Source: Verrucomicrobiota bacterium (GTDB lineage Bacteria; Verrucomicrobiota; Lentisphaeria; Lentisphaerales; Lentisphaeraceae). From it: 64,000 nt of DNA. The DNA lies in the NCBI GenBank assembly GCA_039798785.1, contig JBDKFG010000010.1:1-64000 (forward strand), read 5' to 3'. Each line of letters begins with the position of its first letter. Position 1 is the stretch's first letter. The notes below the pieces were generated by a model. It was not told the origin of the DNA and ran no database searches. It saw only the letters and a program-made list of their open reading frames with translations. The translations under genes were made by a program, and so were the position numbers. Positions 42,800 to 52,224 of this stretch are shown in pieces.

Positions 42800-45688
42800 A
42801 TGCGCGAACTGGTGGCCGAGCTGAAACGCGAGATGCGCGGCGAGGTGTGGAGCGATGAGCTCAGCAAACGGGTCTACTCGATCGATGCTTCGATCTACCA
42901 GATCCTGCCCGTCGCCATCGCCTGCCCTCGCGATGCCGAGGATGTCTACGCCGCGCTGCACATCGCACAACGCTGCGGCGTGCCGGTGATCCCGCGCGGC
43001 GGCGGCACCGGCATCGCCGGCGGTTGCCTCGGCGCTGGACTGGTGCTAGATATGTCGCGCCACATGAAGAAGATCCGAGAGCTCAATGTCGAAGAAGGCT
43101 GGGCTCTCTGCGAGCCGGGCGTGGTCCAGGATCAGCTCAACCTCGCCGCCTCGCCGCACGGACTGCGACTCGGTCCCGACACCTCGACCGGCAACCGCGC
43201 CACCATCGGCGGCATGTGCGCCAACAACTCCGCCGGCTCGAACTCGCTGCGCTACGGCAAAATGGTCGATCACGTGCTGGAATGGCACGCCGCCTTCGCC
43301 GATGCCTCGCATCAGGTCGTCCGCAGTGTCGATGCCGACGGCTTCCGCCATCTCACCGAACAGGCGACGAGCTTCGCCTCCGCCTTGCGCGAGCTGGAGA
43401 AAATCATCCATCACGGCGGCTCCGCCATCCGCGCCGCCTTCCCGACCCTGCAGCGCCGGGTCAGCGGCTACAATCTCGATGAAATGGTCAAGGGTTTCCC
43501 TCTCGATCTGCCGCGTCTGCTGGTCGGTTCGGAGGGCTCGCTCGCCCTCGGCACCCTGTTCAAAGTGCGCCTGTCGCAAAAACCGAAATTCACCGTGCTC
43601 ACCGTCGTGCCCTTCGCCGACTTCCGTGCCGGCCTCGAGCTGGTGCCGGAGCTGCTGCTCACCGCGCCCTTCGCCTTCGAGATGATCGACGGCACGGTGA
43701 TCCATCTCGGCCGCGCATCGCCGATGATGCGCGGCCAATTGGGCTGGCTCAAGGGCAATCCCAATCTCCTCCTCTGCCTCGAATACGATGGCGCCACACC
43801 CGGCGAAGCCCTCGCCAAACAAGAGGCGCTGCACGCAGTGCTGAAGCGCCTGCCGGGCGTCGGCGAATGGGTCGACCTGAATGAATCGCGCCTCGCCGCC
43901 CAGGTGTGGAAGCTGCGCAAATCGGGCCTCGGCATCCTGATGTCGAAACGCGGCGAAGAACGGGCCCAGGCCTTCCTTGAGGACGTCGCGGTGCCGCCCG
44001 AACGCCTGCCGGAATTCCTCACCCGCTTCCGCTCCGTCATCGAAGATTCCGGCCGCGTCGCCGGCTTCTACGGCCACGCCGGCGTCGGCTGCATCCACGT
44101 CCGCCCGATGATCAATCTGCGCCAGGAGGAAGACCGCCGCTGGATGGTCAAAACCATGGAAGAAGTCACCGAAGTGGTGCGCGAATTCCGCGGCTCGGTG
44201 AGCGGAGAACACGGCGACGGCCTGATCCGTTCCTGGCTCAACCCGCGCCTCTTCGGAGCCGAAGTCGACGGCCTCTTCCGGCAGCTGAAACACGCCTTTG
44301 ATCCGGAGAACCGCCTCAACCCCGGCAAGATCGTCAACGGCCCGCCGCCGCTGGAGAATCTCCGGGTCGACGCCAATGTCGTCCGCGCCCCCTTGGAAAC
44401 GGCGTTCGACTGGAGCCGCGAAGGCGGCATCCACCTCGCCCTCGACATGTGCAACGGCAACGGCGAATGCACCCGTTTCAACGGCGGTCTGATGTGCCCC
44501 TCCTTCCAGGCTTCCGGCGATGAATTCCACTCCACCCGGGCTCGCGCCCAGGCGCTCAACGCGGTGATCAACGGCGGTGCCGACCCGAAGGAACTGACCT
44601 CGCCGCGGATGATGGAGATCCTCGATCTTTGCGTCGAGTGCAAAGGCTGCAAGACCGAGTGCCCCTCGCAGGTCGACATGGCCAAGCTCAAATCGGAAGT
44701 GCTGCACCGCCATCACCAAGAGCACGGCGTCCCGGCCCGCGCCCGCTTCTTCGCGGACGCCGCAAAAAGCGCCGCCCTCGGCTCGAAATTCCCGCGCATC
44801 GCCAACGCCTTGATCGGCAATTCCTTCTCCCGCCGCCTGCTCGACAAATACCTCGGGGTCAGCGCCAAACGCAGCCTGCCGCAATTGGCGCTGAAACGGG
44901 CGAGCCAATTGCTGCCCAATTACGTTCCGCAAGACTCGCTGGATCCGGTCACGGGCCAGCCGCGTCACCCGAAGCCCGTCGTCGCCCTTTTCCTCGACAC
45001 CTTCACCGAGTACTACCATCCCGAGATTGCGCTCGCCGCAAACAAGGTCTTGCAAGGCATGGGATTTGTCGTCGCAGTGCCGCCGCCGGTGTGTTGCGGT
45101 CGACCCAAGATCTCGAAGGGCCTGCTCGACGAAGCGAAAGAATCGGCTCGCGCCACCGCTGCGGTCCTCTCGGCCTGGGCCGAGCGCGAAGTGCCGATCC
45201 TTGTTCTTGAGCCGGGCTGCCTGTCGGCTTTGATCGACGATCACCTGTCCTTGCTGCCTGGGAATGCGGCAAGCGCAAAAATCTCTCAACGAGCCATCAG
45301 TTTCGACGCCTTTGTTGCCGAACACTCGGATAAACTGCTTCCCTTGTTGCGCGACGACAGCGCCGAGGTTTTGGTGCATGGCCACTGCCACCAAAAGGCC
45401 TTGCTCGGCACAGCGCACATCGCCACCCTGCTCGGCAAATTACCCGGCCTCCGCGCCAAGGAGATCGACTCCGGCTGCTGCGGCATGGCCGGCTCCTTCG
45501 GCTACGAATCCGAGCACCACGATTTCTCTCTCGCCATCGGCGAAACCCGCCTCTTCCCCGCCCTGCGTTTGGCGCCGCAAGCGCAGGTCATCGCCACCGG
45601 CTCCTCCTGCCGCAGCCAGATCGCCGATGGAGTTCAGAGGAAGGCCGAGCACTTGGCGGTGTTCTTGGCGGAGAGGATGAAGGGGTGA
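42800..45688 (+). CDS. FAD-linked/(Fe-S) oxidoreductase (GlcD-GlcF fusion, YdiJ-like)
   Basis: PRGGGT, GSEGSL, GHAGVGCIH, SGEHGDG, LNPGKI, CVECKGCKTECP, CCG motifs. Confidence 0.92.
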   Translation: MRELVAELKREMRGEVWSDELSKRVYSIDASIYQILPVAIACPRDAEDVYAALHIAQRCGVPVIPRGGGTGIAGGCLGAGLVLDMSRHMKKIRELNVEEGWALCEPGVVQDQLNLAASPHGLRLGPDTSTGNRATIGGMCANNSAGSNSLRYGKMVDHVLEWHAAFADASHQVVRSVDADGFRHLTEQATSFASALRELEKIIHHGGSAIRAAFPTLQRRVSGYNLDEMVKGFPLDLPRLLVGSEGSLALGTLFKVRLSQKPKFTVLTVVPFADFRAGLELVPELLLTAPFAFEMIDGTVIHLGRASPMMRGQLGWLKGNPNLLLCLEYDGATPGEALAKQEALHAVLKRLPGVGEWVDLNESRLAAQVWKLRKSGLGILMSKRGEERAQAFLEDVAVPPERLPEFLTRFRSVIEDSGRVAGFYGHAGVGCIHVRPMINLRQEEDRRWMVKTMEEVTEVVREFRGSVSGEHGDGLIRSWLNPRLFGAEVDGLFRQLKHAFDPENRLNPGKIVNGPPPLENLRVDANVVRAPLETAFDWSREGGIHLALDMCNGNGECTRFNGGLMCPSFQASGDEFHSTRARAQALNAVINGGADPKELTSPRMMEILDLCVECKGCKTECPSQVDMAKLKSEVLHRHHQEHGVPARARFFADAAKSAALGSKFPRIANALIGNSFSRRLLDKYLGVSAKRSLPQLALKRASQLLPNYVPQDSLDPVTGQPRHPKPVVALFLDTFTEYYHPEIALAANKVLQGMGFVVAVPPPVCCGRPKISKGLLDEAKESARATAAVLSAWAEREVPILVLEPGCLSALIDDHLSLLPGNAASAKISQRAISFDAFVAEHSDKLLPLLRDDSAEVLVHGHCHQKALLGTAHIATLLGKLPGLRAKEIDSGCCGMAGSFGYESEHHDFSLAIGETRLFPALRLAPQAQVIATGSSCRSQIADGVQRKAEHLAVFLAERMKG

Positions 45689-45829
45689 ACGAGATGGGGG
45701 CGAGTTGCCTTCTCCTACTGGATCGCTGGCGTCCCGCCGGCTGTGTTTGTAGCCAGCAAGGGCATCCCGCCAAGTCATTCCAATGGGTAAGGATTAGCTT
45801 GGAAATCAAATCAGAGACAGGAGTTTCGA

Positions 45830-46636
45830 ATGCGCCTCAAAGATCGATACGGAGCTTGGGCTTTGGTCACCGGGGCCTCATCTGGAATTGGGCGGGTCTT
45901 CGCCGACAAGCTGGCGAAACAGGGCTTTGATCTCTTGATTTGCGCTCGTCGCCAGGAACTGCTCGTCGAAGTGGCGAAGGACCTGAGTTCGCGGCATGGC
46001 TGTCAAGTGAAAATACAGGTCGCCGATCTTTCTCGGCCAGAGGGCACCGAGTCGCTGATTTCAAGCTGTCGGGAGCTTGACATCAGTTTCGTCATCAGCA
46101 ATGCCGGCACTGGTTGGCCGGGCGCTTTCGGCGCGGTCTCATGCGACGAGGAGAAGCAGTTGATTCAGCTCAATTGTTTGACTCCTATGAGTCTCGCCCA
46201 TCACTTTCTGCCGCGGATGAAATCGGCGCGGCGCGGCGGCTTGATTCTGGTCTCTTCTCTGATGGGGTTTCAAGGGGTTCCATTCATGGCGAGTTACTCT
46301 GCCACCAAGGCTTATCTCCTCAATTTCGGCGAAGCATTGTTTCACGAATGCCGCGAAGAGGGCGTCGACGTCCTGGTGCTGGCTCCCGGGGCGACTGAAA
46401 CCCCTGGGAAATACCTACACGAAGTCGATTACGACAAGCTGCCGGTGAGCTGGATGACGGCGGATGAGGTGGTGGAATTGGCATTGAACTCCATCGGTAA
46501 ACAACCTTTCGTTATCCCTGGATTTAAAAATCGTTTCACGGCTTGTCTCAGCGGTGGCCTCTGGTCACGTGGATGGGTCCAAAGTTTGATGAGGCGAATG
46601 GCTCGTCGCGTCATTCCCGGCCTACGACGCGATTGA
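45830..46636 (+). CDS. Short-chain dehydrogenase/reductase
   Basis: LVTGASSGIG, NAG, YSATK. Confidence 0.92.
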   Translation: MRLKDRYGAWALVTGASSGIGRVFADKLAKQGFDLLICARRQELLVEVAKDLSSRHGCQVKIQVADLSRPEGTESLISSCRELDISFVISNAGTGWPGAFGAVSCDEEKQLIQLNCLTPMSLAHHFLPRMKSARRGGLILVSSLMGFQGVPFMASYSATKAYLLNFGEALFHECREEGVDVLVLAPGATETPGKYLHEVDYDKLPVSWMTADEVVELALNSIGKQPFVIPGFKNRFTACLSGGLWSRGWVQSLMRRMARRVIPGLRRD

Positions 46637-46647
46637 TCGCTGGGAGT

Positions 46648-46914
46648 TCAAATCCACGGGACCCGCCCCTGTCGCAAGGCGGCGGGCCCGACAAGTTGCG
46701 GAGTCTGGGTGAACTGGCGTAAGCGCAGGGATGCGTCGATGCGGCTCATCAGAGTGGGGAAGTCGGGGGAGGGGAGTTTTTCGGCCTTCATGGCGTTGAG
46801 GGTTTCGACCAGGGTGAAGGTGAAGGCGCCGTAGCTGAGGGCGCCGTGATCGTATTCGCTGGCGAGCTGGCTTTCGGCGGCGGCGTAGAGGAGGCGGTTG
46901 CAAGGCCACCCTCC
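46648..46914 (-). pseudogene. C-terminal remnant of a caspase-family (C14, metacaspase) peptidase
   Basis: Start-less frame LLYAAAESQLASEYDHGALSYGAFTFTLVETL...FTQTPQLVGP..VPWI*; in-frame stop immediately upstream. Confidence 0.65.
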
Positions 46915-47080
46915 TCAATCCAAGTGATAGCTGCATCCTGAATCCCCCTGAAAGAGTTCCTTATGTCGCTTGTCGGTCTATGGCCTTCGTTGAATCCTAC
47001 AAGTTTTTGGTGAAACTCCTGGGGTGTTCTTGAGTGGAATTGAGATATCTTCGGCGGAAGCAAACCCCAGGAGTGAGCTC

Positions 47081-48301
47081 ATGCCCGCGAAAAAAACCGC
47101 CGCCAAACCTGCCGTCAAAGTTCCTGCCCAGGCCGCTTCGAAAGTCGCTGCCAAGCCTGCCGCCAACGCTGCGGCCAAGCCCACTCTAAGCCCGGCCGCC
47201 AAGATCAAGAAGATCGAAAGCTTGGTCATCCCCAAGACCATGAAGGCGATCAGCAAGAAGTTCAAGAAAGAAGGCCTCACCCTGGTCACCGTCCCGGTTC
47301 CCGAGATCGGCGTCGATGACGTCCTGATCAAGGTCGACCGCACCGGCATCTGCGGCACCGACGTCCATATCTACAAGTGGGACGAATGGGCCCAGAAGAC
47401 CATCCCGGCCCCGATGGTCGTCGGTCATGAATTCGTCGGCGTCGTCGTCAAAAAAGGCGCCAACGTCCACGACATCCAGCTCGGCGACATTGTCTCCGCC
47501 GAAGGCCACGTGGTCTGCGGCATCTGCCGCAACTGCCGCGCCGGCCGCTTCCACCTCTGCCGCGCCGACAAAGGCATCGGCGTCACCCGTCAGGGCGCCT
47601 TCGCTGAATACGTATCAGTTCCCAAGACCAACGTCTGGATCCACGCCCAGGGCATCAATCCTGACGTCATGAGCATCTTCGACCCCTACGGCAACGCCAC
47701 CCACACCGCCCTGAGCTTCCCGGTGCTCGGTGAAGACGTCCTGATCACCGGCGCAGGCCCGATCGGCGCGATGGCCGCCGGCATCGTTCGCCACGCCGGA
47801 GCCCGCAACGTTGTCATCACCGACACCAACGACTACCGTCTCGGCCTGGCCAAGAAGATGGGCAAGAACATTCGCACCGTCAACATCCTCAAGGAAAAGC
47901 TCGACGACGTCATGGATGAGCTCAACATGACCGAAGGATTCGACGTCGGCCTCGAGATGAGCGGCGTCCCCGTCGCCTTCCAGGAAATGGTCGAGAAAAT
48001 GGCCAATGGCGGCAAGATCGCGATCCTCGGCATCCCCTCCAGCGGCACCAGCATCAACTGGAACCGAGTGATCTTCAAGGGCCTCACCCTGCGTGGCATC
48101 TACGGCCGCCAGATGTGGGAAACCTGGTACATGATGACCACCATGCTGCAGTCCGGCTTCAGCATCGACCCGATCATCACCCACCGCTTCGCTTACTCCG
48201 ATTTCGAAAAGGGTTTCCAGGAGATCTTCACTGGCAAATCCGGCAAAGTCGTCCTCAGTTGGTCGAACGCGATCCAAGAGCTCGGCATCCCGCGCGACTG
48301 A
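47081..48301 (+). CDS. tdh: L-threonine 3-dehydrogenase with Ala/Lys-rich N-terminal extension
   Basis: [62 protein letters not shown]. Confidence 0.95.
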   Translation: MPAKKTAAKPAVKVPAQAASKVAAKPAANAAAKPTLSPAAKIKKIESLVIPKTMKAISKKFKKEGLTLVTVPVPEIGVDDVLIKVDRTGICGTDVHIYKWDEWAQKTIPAPMVVGHEFVGVVVKKGANVHDIQLGDIVSAEGHVVCGICRNCRAGRFHLCRADKGIGVTRQGAFAEYVSVPKTNVWIHAQGINPDVMSIFDPYGNATHTALSFPVLGEDVLITGAGPIGAMAAGIVRHAGARNVVITDTNDYRLGLAKKMGKNIRTVNILKEKLDDVMDELNMTEGFDVGLEMSGVPVAFQEMVEKMANGGKIAILGIPSSGTSINWNRVIFKGLTLRGIYGRQMWETWYMMTTMLQSGFSIDPIITHRFAYSDFEKGFQEIFTGKSGKVVLSWSNAIQELGIPRD

Positions 48302-48334
48302 CGCGATTTCCCAAGCTTCGAACCTTGAACCTTG

Positions 48335-48362
48335 AGCCCGCCCTTTTCCTGGGCGGGTTTTT
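48335..48362 (+). terminator. Terminator after tdh
   Basis: agcccgccc-ttttcct-gggcgggtttttt. Confidence 0.8.
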
Positions 48363-48559
48363 CTGTGCGCCGGGCATGGTTTTTATCCTATTCCGGCGGA
48401 GCTGGGTCAAGCGCAAGCTCCGCAGCCCCGTTGGGTCTAGCCTGCCTGAATATTTGTATTTTTTAAAATTTAATGCCTGATAAACCCGTCTTTGTTAAAA
48501 TATTGTTTGAAATTTATGTACTTTGCGGCATTTTAACGAAAAGAGGTGGGGGTGATACG

Positions 48560-49549
48560 ATGAGTTTGCACGGAAAAACCAGGAGAGTGATGGATGCTTT
48601 GGCGGGGCAAATCCGTGATGGGGTGTATCCGCCCGGTAGTGCATTGCCTTCACGTCATGAGTTGATGGAGAGATACGATGTCTCGCGGGCGACGGTGGAC
48701 AAGATCATTTCCTTGTTGATTGAACAAGGGGTGTTGACGTCCTTGCGCGGTTCCGGCACATATGTCAGTGAAAAAGGCACGGTGGGGCCCCACATATTCG
48801 TAGTATTGAACAATGAACTGGAGTGTGACGAGGCGGCGCAATATCACCATCAGTTGGGATTGATGCTGGCGGAGATCAGCAGCCGATACAGCCATACCTT
48901 GATGTCGAGCCGGGAGTTTCTCAGCCACGTACCTGCGATATCGCGCAATGAGCAGGCACGGGTGATTTGGAGCCGGCCATCACTGCGTTGTTGGACGGCG
49001 ATTCACGATCTTGAAAAGGCATCGGTTCCGCAGATTCTGGTGAATCGCGTATGTCCTGATTTCAACTATGTGGCGACGGACACCTGGGGGGGGGTGAAGG
49101 CGGCATTGCGTCAAGCAAGCACTTTATGGGGCGACCGTGTCGCTGTAGCGACGATACGAGCACATCCTGGCGAGCCCTTCATTCAGGAGCGGGAAGCGGC
49201 GGTGTTGGAAGCCTGTGCTCAGCAGCGGCTGCGGCCGGTCGCCTATTTCCGTTCGCCCACTCGGAAGTCGGCGGACTTGAGTGAATTGGCGGCGCGCCTG
49301 AGCGCGGCTGCTTCGCATGGCGATTTCGATTATGTGATCGTGGTCGAGCACGCACTGGCCTCGGTGATATCCGGTGCCGGAGGAGGGGCGTCTTATCCGA
49401 TGATCACAGTGGACTGGAAAGGCTCGGCCGGACAGAAGATTGTGAGTCTTCATCAAGGATGGGAGGAGATGTTCCGTCAAGCAGTGGCTTGGGCAGTGGA
49501 GGCTAAGCCCCAACGGTGTCAGCATTTGGTGCTGCCTCGGATCGAATAG
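48560..49549 (+). CDS. GntR-family regulator with periplasmic-binding-protein-like C-terminal domain
   Basis: YPPGSALPSRHELMERYDVSRATV..GSGTYV; ILVNR..NYVATD. Confidence 0.8.
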   Translation: MSLHGKTRRVMDALAGQIRDGVYPPGSALPSRHELMERYDVSRATVDKIISLLIEQGVLTSLRGSGTYVSEKGTVGPHIFVVLNNELECDEAAQYHHQLGLMLAEISSRYSHTLMSSREFLSHVPAISRNEQARVIWSRPSLRCWTAIHDLEKASVPQILVNRVCPDFNYVATDTWGGVKAALRQASTLWGDRVAVATIRAHPGEPFIQEREAAVLEACAQQRLRPVAYFRSPTRKSADLSELAARLSAAASHGDFDYVIVVEHALASVISGAGGGASYPMITVDWKGSAGQKIVSLHQGWEEMFRQAVAWAVEAKPQRCQHLVLPRIE

Positions 49550-49584
49550 AATTGATGAATGAACGCGAATGAGGTTAGGGCAAG

Positions 49585-49616
49585 AAAAAAAGCCTCCCGT
49601 GAAGGGAGGCTTTTTT
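49585..49616. terminator. Bidirectional terminator
   Basis: aaaaaaagcctccc-gtgaa-gggaggctttttt between convergent genes. Confidence 0.88.
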
Positions 49617-49632
49617 CGGGGCTGATGCACGA

Positions 49633-51213
49633 TCAGAATTTCATGCCGGCGAAGGCGTCGCTGAGGCTGCCGAAGGAGGCGGCCTTCTTGCGCTCGACCG
49701 CGAGGGCGGCGACGGCCTCGGATCCGCCTTGGGCGTCCTTGTTGCCGCCGATAGGACAGAGGGAGACCTTGCCGCCGTCGATCTTGAGGATTTCGACTTC
49801 GACAGTCTTGCCCTGGGGGTAGTGCTCACCGAGCCAGCGCGAGACATCGGCCTTGGCGGGGATGTTGAGGACTGAGACGTGGAGGAGGCCGCGGCGTCCA
49901 TCGGCGAGCTCGATGAAGACGCCGAAGGGCTTGACGCCGTCGACTCGGCCGCTGACCGGGCCGGCTTCAGCGGCGGGGGCGGCATTGCTGCCGAGGCTGG
50001 CGCCTTCGGCGGCGAGGGCGAGGGAGATGCGGCGGGCTTCGGCGTCGACCTTTTCGACGGTGACGGTGATCTTGTCGCCGGCTGAATAGAGATCGGCAGG
50101 TTTCTTGCCTTTCGGGAGCTTCGAGATGTGAAGGAGGCCTTCGAGACCTTCGGCGACTTCGACGAAGAGGCCGAGCTTTTCGTCGGCTTTGGTGACGGTG
50201 GCTTCGAGGGTTTGGCCGGCGAGCTCGGGGGCGTGGGTCCAGGGGTTTTGGGCGGCGGAGCGGTAAGAAAGGCTGATGCGCTTGGCGTCCCAGTCGATGC
50301 TGCGGACGACGACGCGGATCTTCTCGCCGACGCTGACGATGGAGGAGGCGTCGAAGTTGCGTTTCCAGGAGAGTTCGGAGTTGGGGATCATGCCATCGGC
50401 ACCGCCGAGGTCGACGAAGACGCCGAACTTTTCGATCTTGCGGACGACGCCGTCGACTTCGTCACCTTCGCTGAGGCTCTCTTTGAGTTGATCGCGGCGG
50501 CTCTCGGCTTCTTTGTCGAGGAGGGCGCGACGGGAGACGACCATGTCGTTGCCCTTGATCTGGGTGATCAGGAAGGAGAGGACCTTGCCGACATATTGCG
50601 AGGCGTCGCCGGGGCGGGCGTCGATCTGAGAGCCGGGGCAGAAGGCGTTCTGGCCGGCGATGAGGATGGTGTAGCCGCCTTTGCGCTCGGCTTCGACCTT
50701 GCCTTCGACCGGAACCTGGTTGGCGTGGGCATCGCCGAGGGATTCGGCGAGGGCGTCGCCGCTCATCCGGATGGTGAAGCGCATTTCGCTGCCGTCGTCG
50801 GAAAGGAACCAGGCTTCGATCTCGTCGCCGACTTTGGGCAGTTCGAGGCCGGCCTTGAGGAATTCTTCGGGGAAGAGGAGACCTTCAGCCTTTGATTTGA
50901 CATCGATATAGATGCCGGCGCTATCGACGTGGGAAACGACGGCCTTGACCTTTTCGCCGACCTTGAAGCCTTGGCTGAGGCTTTGGGTGCTGGCTTCGAG
51001 GAGGGCGGCGAAGTCTTCGCCGCCGCTGACGAATTCAAAAGCGGGGATGACCGGCGGCGGTCCCTGGCGTTCGGTGCGCGCCGGGCGGGGGCCGCGATCG
51101 TTGCGGGGGCCGCGATCGTTGCGGGGGCCGCGCTGGTCGTTGCGGGGGCCGCGCTGGTCGTTGCGGGGCTGGGCGCTGGGTTGCTGGGGCTGGGGCTGCT
51201 GGTCGCTGGACAT
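49633..51213 (-). CDS. rpsA: Ribosomal protein S1-like multi-S1-domain protein
   Basis: AFCPGSQI, VVSRRALL, FGVFVDLGGADG, EGLLHIS, FGVFIEL; C-terminal FGSLSDAF. Confidence 0.82.
   Translation of the reverse strand: MSSDQQPQPQQPSAQPRNDQRGPRNDQRGPRNDRGPRNDRGPRPARTERQGPPPVIPAFEFVSGGEDFAALLEASTQSLSQGFKVGEKVKAVVSHVDSAGIYIDVKSKAEGLLFPEEFLKAGLELPKVGDEIEAWFLSDDGSEMRFTIRMSGDALAESLGDAHANQVPVEGKVEAERKGGYTILIAGQNAFCPGSQIDARPGDASQYVGKVLSFLITQIKGNDMVVSRRALLDKEAESRRDQLKESLSEGDEVDGVVRKIEKFGVFVDLGGADGMIPNSELSWKRNFDASSIVSVGEKIRVVVRSIDWDAKRISLSYRSAAQNPWTHAPELAGQTLEATVTKADEKLGLFVEVAEGLEGLLHISKLPKGKKPADLYSAGDKITVTVEKVDAEARRISLALAAEGASLGSNAAPAAEAGPVSGRVDGVKPFGVFIELADGRRGLLHVSVLNIPAKADVSRWLGEHYPQGKTVEVEILKIDGGKVSLCPIGGNKDAQGGSEAVAALAVERKKAASFGSLSDAFAGMKF
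51085..51168. repeat. 18/21-bp repeats encoding PRND(Q)RG in the S1 N-terminus
   Basis: gggggccgcg(atc/ctggtc)gttgc repeated four times. Confidence 0.85.
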
Positions 51214-51325
51214 GAGGAATTCTCCGGTTGAGGTCGAGGGGGCGCTGCTTGGGTTGTTGAAAGCGGCGCAGAATCTAGTGCATTTGTGCCGTGTGGCTAG
51301 GGGCGAGGTGGATATATCAAGCAAT

Positions 51326-51440
51326 CCTGGGAGCGCGCCAGCCCTCTGGCGCTGTGTTCGTCGCGTGTCGCTCCAGTGTTACTAACGCGCTTTCGCCGAA
51401 GCGAAAGCAAGGGCGCCAGGGGGCTGGCGAGCTCCCAGGG
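51326..51440. repeat. Inverted pair of REP-like elements (same family as the SNF2 insert)
   Basis: cctgggagcgcgccagccctctggcgct (51326-51353) and gcgccagggggctggcgagctcccaggg (51413-51440). Confidence 0.85.
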
Positions 51441-51442
51441 CT

Positions 51443-52219
51443 TCAGCCTTTGAGGAAGCTGGTGAGAGGGGAGCTGGCGTGGGCGCTGGCGGACTTGCCG
51501 GCGAGTCCGGCGCGTCTGCCGAGGCGTCCGGCTTCGACGGCGAGGGCGAAGGCGCGGCCCATGGCGGCGGGATCGCGGGCGGCGGCGAGGGCGGTGTTGA
51601 CCAGGACCGCATCGGCCCCGAGCTCCATCGCTTCTGCGGCGTGGGAAGGAGCTCCGAGACCGGCGTCGATGACCACCGGCACGCGGCTCTGCTCGATGAT
51701 GATCTTGATCATCTCGCGGGTCTGGATGCCCTGGTTGCAGCCGATCGGGGCGCCGAGCGGCATGACGCAGGCGCAGCCGGCTTCTTCGAGACGCTTGGCG
51801 AGGACAGGGTCAGCGTTGATGTAGGGCAACACGACGAAGCCTTCCTTGACCAGGATCTCGGCGGCCTTGAGTGTCTCGATCGGATCGGGCAGGAGCCAGC
51901 GCGGATCGGGATGGATCTCGAGCTTGACCCATTTCGGCATGCCGGCGGCGTGGGCGAGGCGGGCGATGGTGACCGCCTCGTCGGCGTCGGCGGCGCCGGA
52001 GGTGTTGGGCAGGACGAGGTATTTCTCCGGGTCGAGGGCGTCTGTGATGTTTTCGCCGCGCTCCTTGCCGAGGTCGAGGCGTCGCAGGGCGACGGTGACG
52101 ATCTCGGCGCCGGAGGCTTCGATCGCGGCGAGCATGGCGGAGTTGCTGGGGAACTTGCCGGTGCCGACGAAGAAGCGTGAGCGGAGGCGGCGACCGGCGA
52201 TGACCAGGGAGTCGTCCAT
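51443..52219 (-). CDS. thiG: Thiazole synthase
   Basis: [46 protein letters not shown]. Confidence 0.96.
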   Translation of the reverse strand: MDDSLVIAGRRLRSRFFVGTGKFPSNSAMLAAIEASGAEIVTVALRRLDLGKERGENITDALDPEKYLVLPNTSGAADADEAVTIARLAHAAGMPKWVKLEIHPDPRWLLPDPIETLKAAEILVKEGFVVLPYINADPVLAKRLEEAGCACVMPLGAPIGCNQGIQTREMIKIIIEQSRVPVVIDAGLGAPSHAAEAMELGADAVLVNTALAAARDPAAMGRAFALAVEAGRLGRRAGLAGKSASAHASSPLTSFLKG

Positions 52220-52224
52220 GGAGA

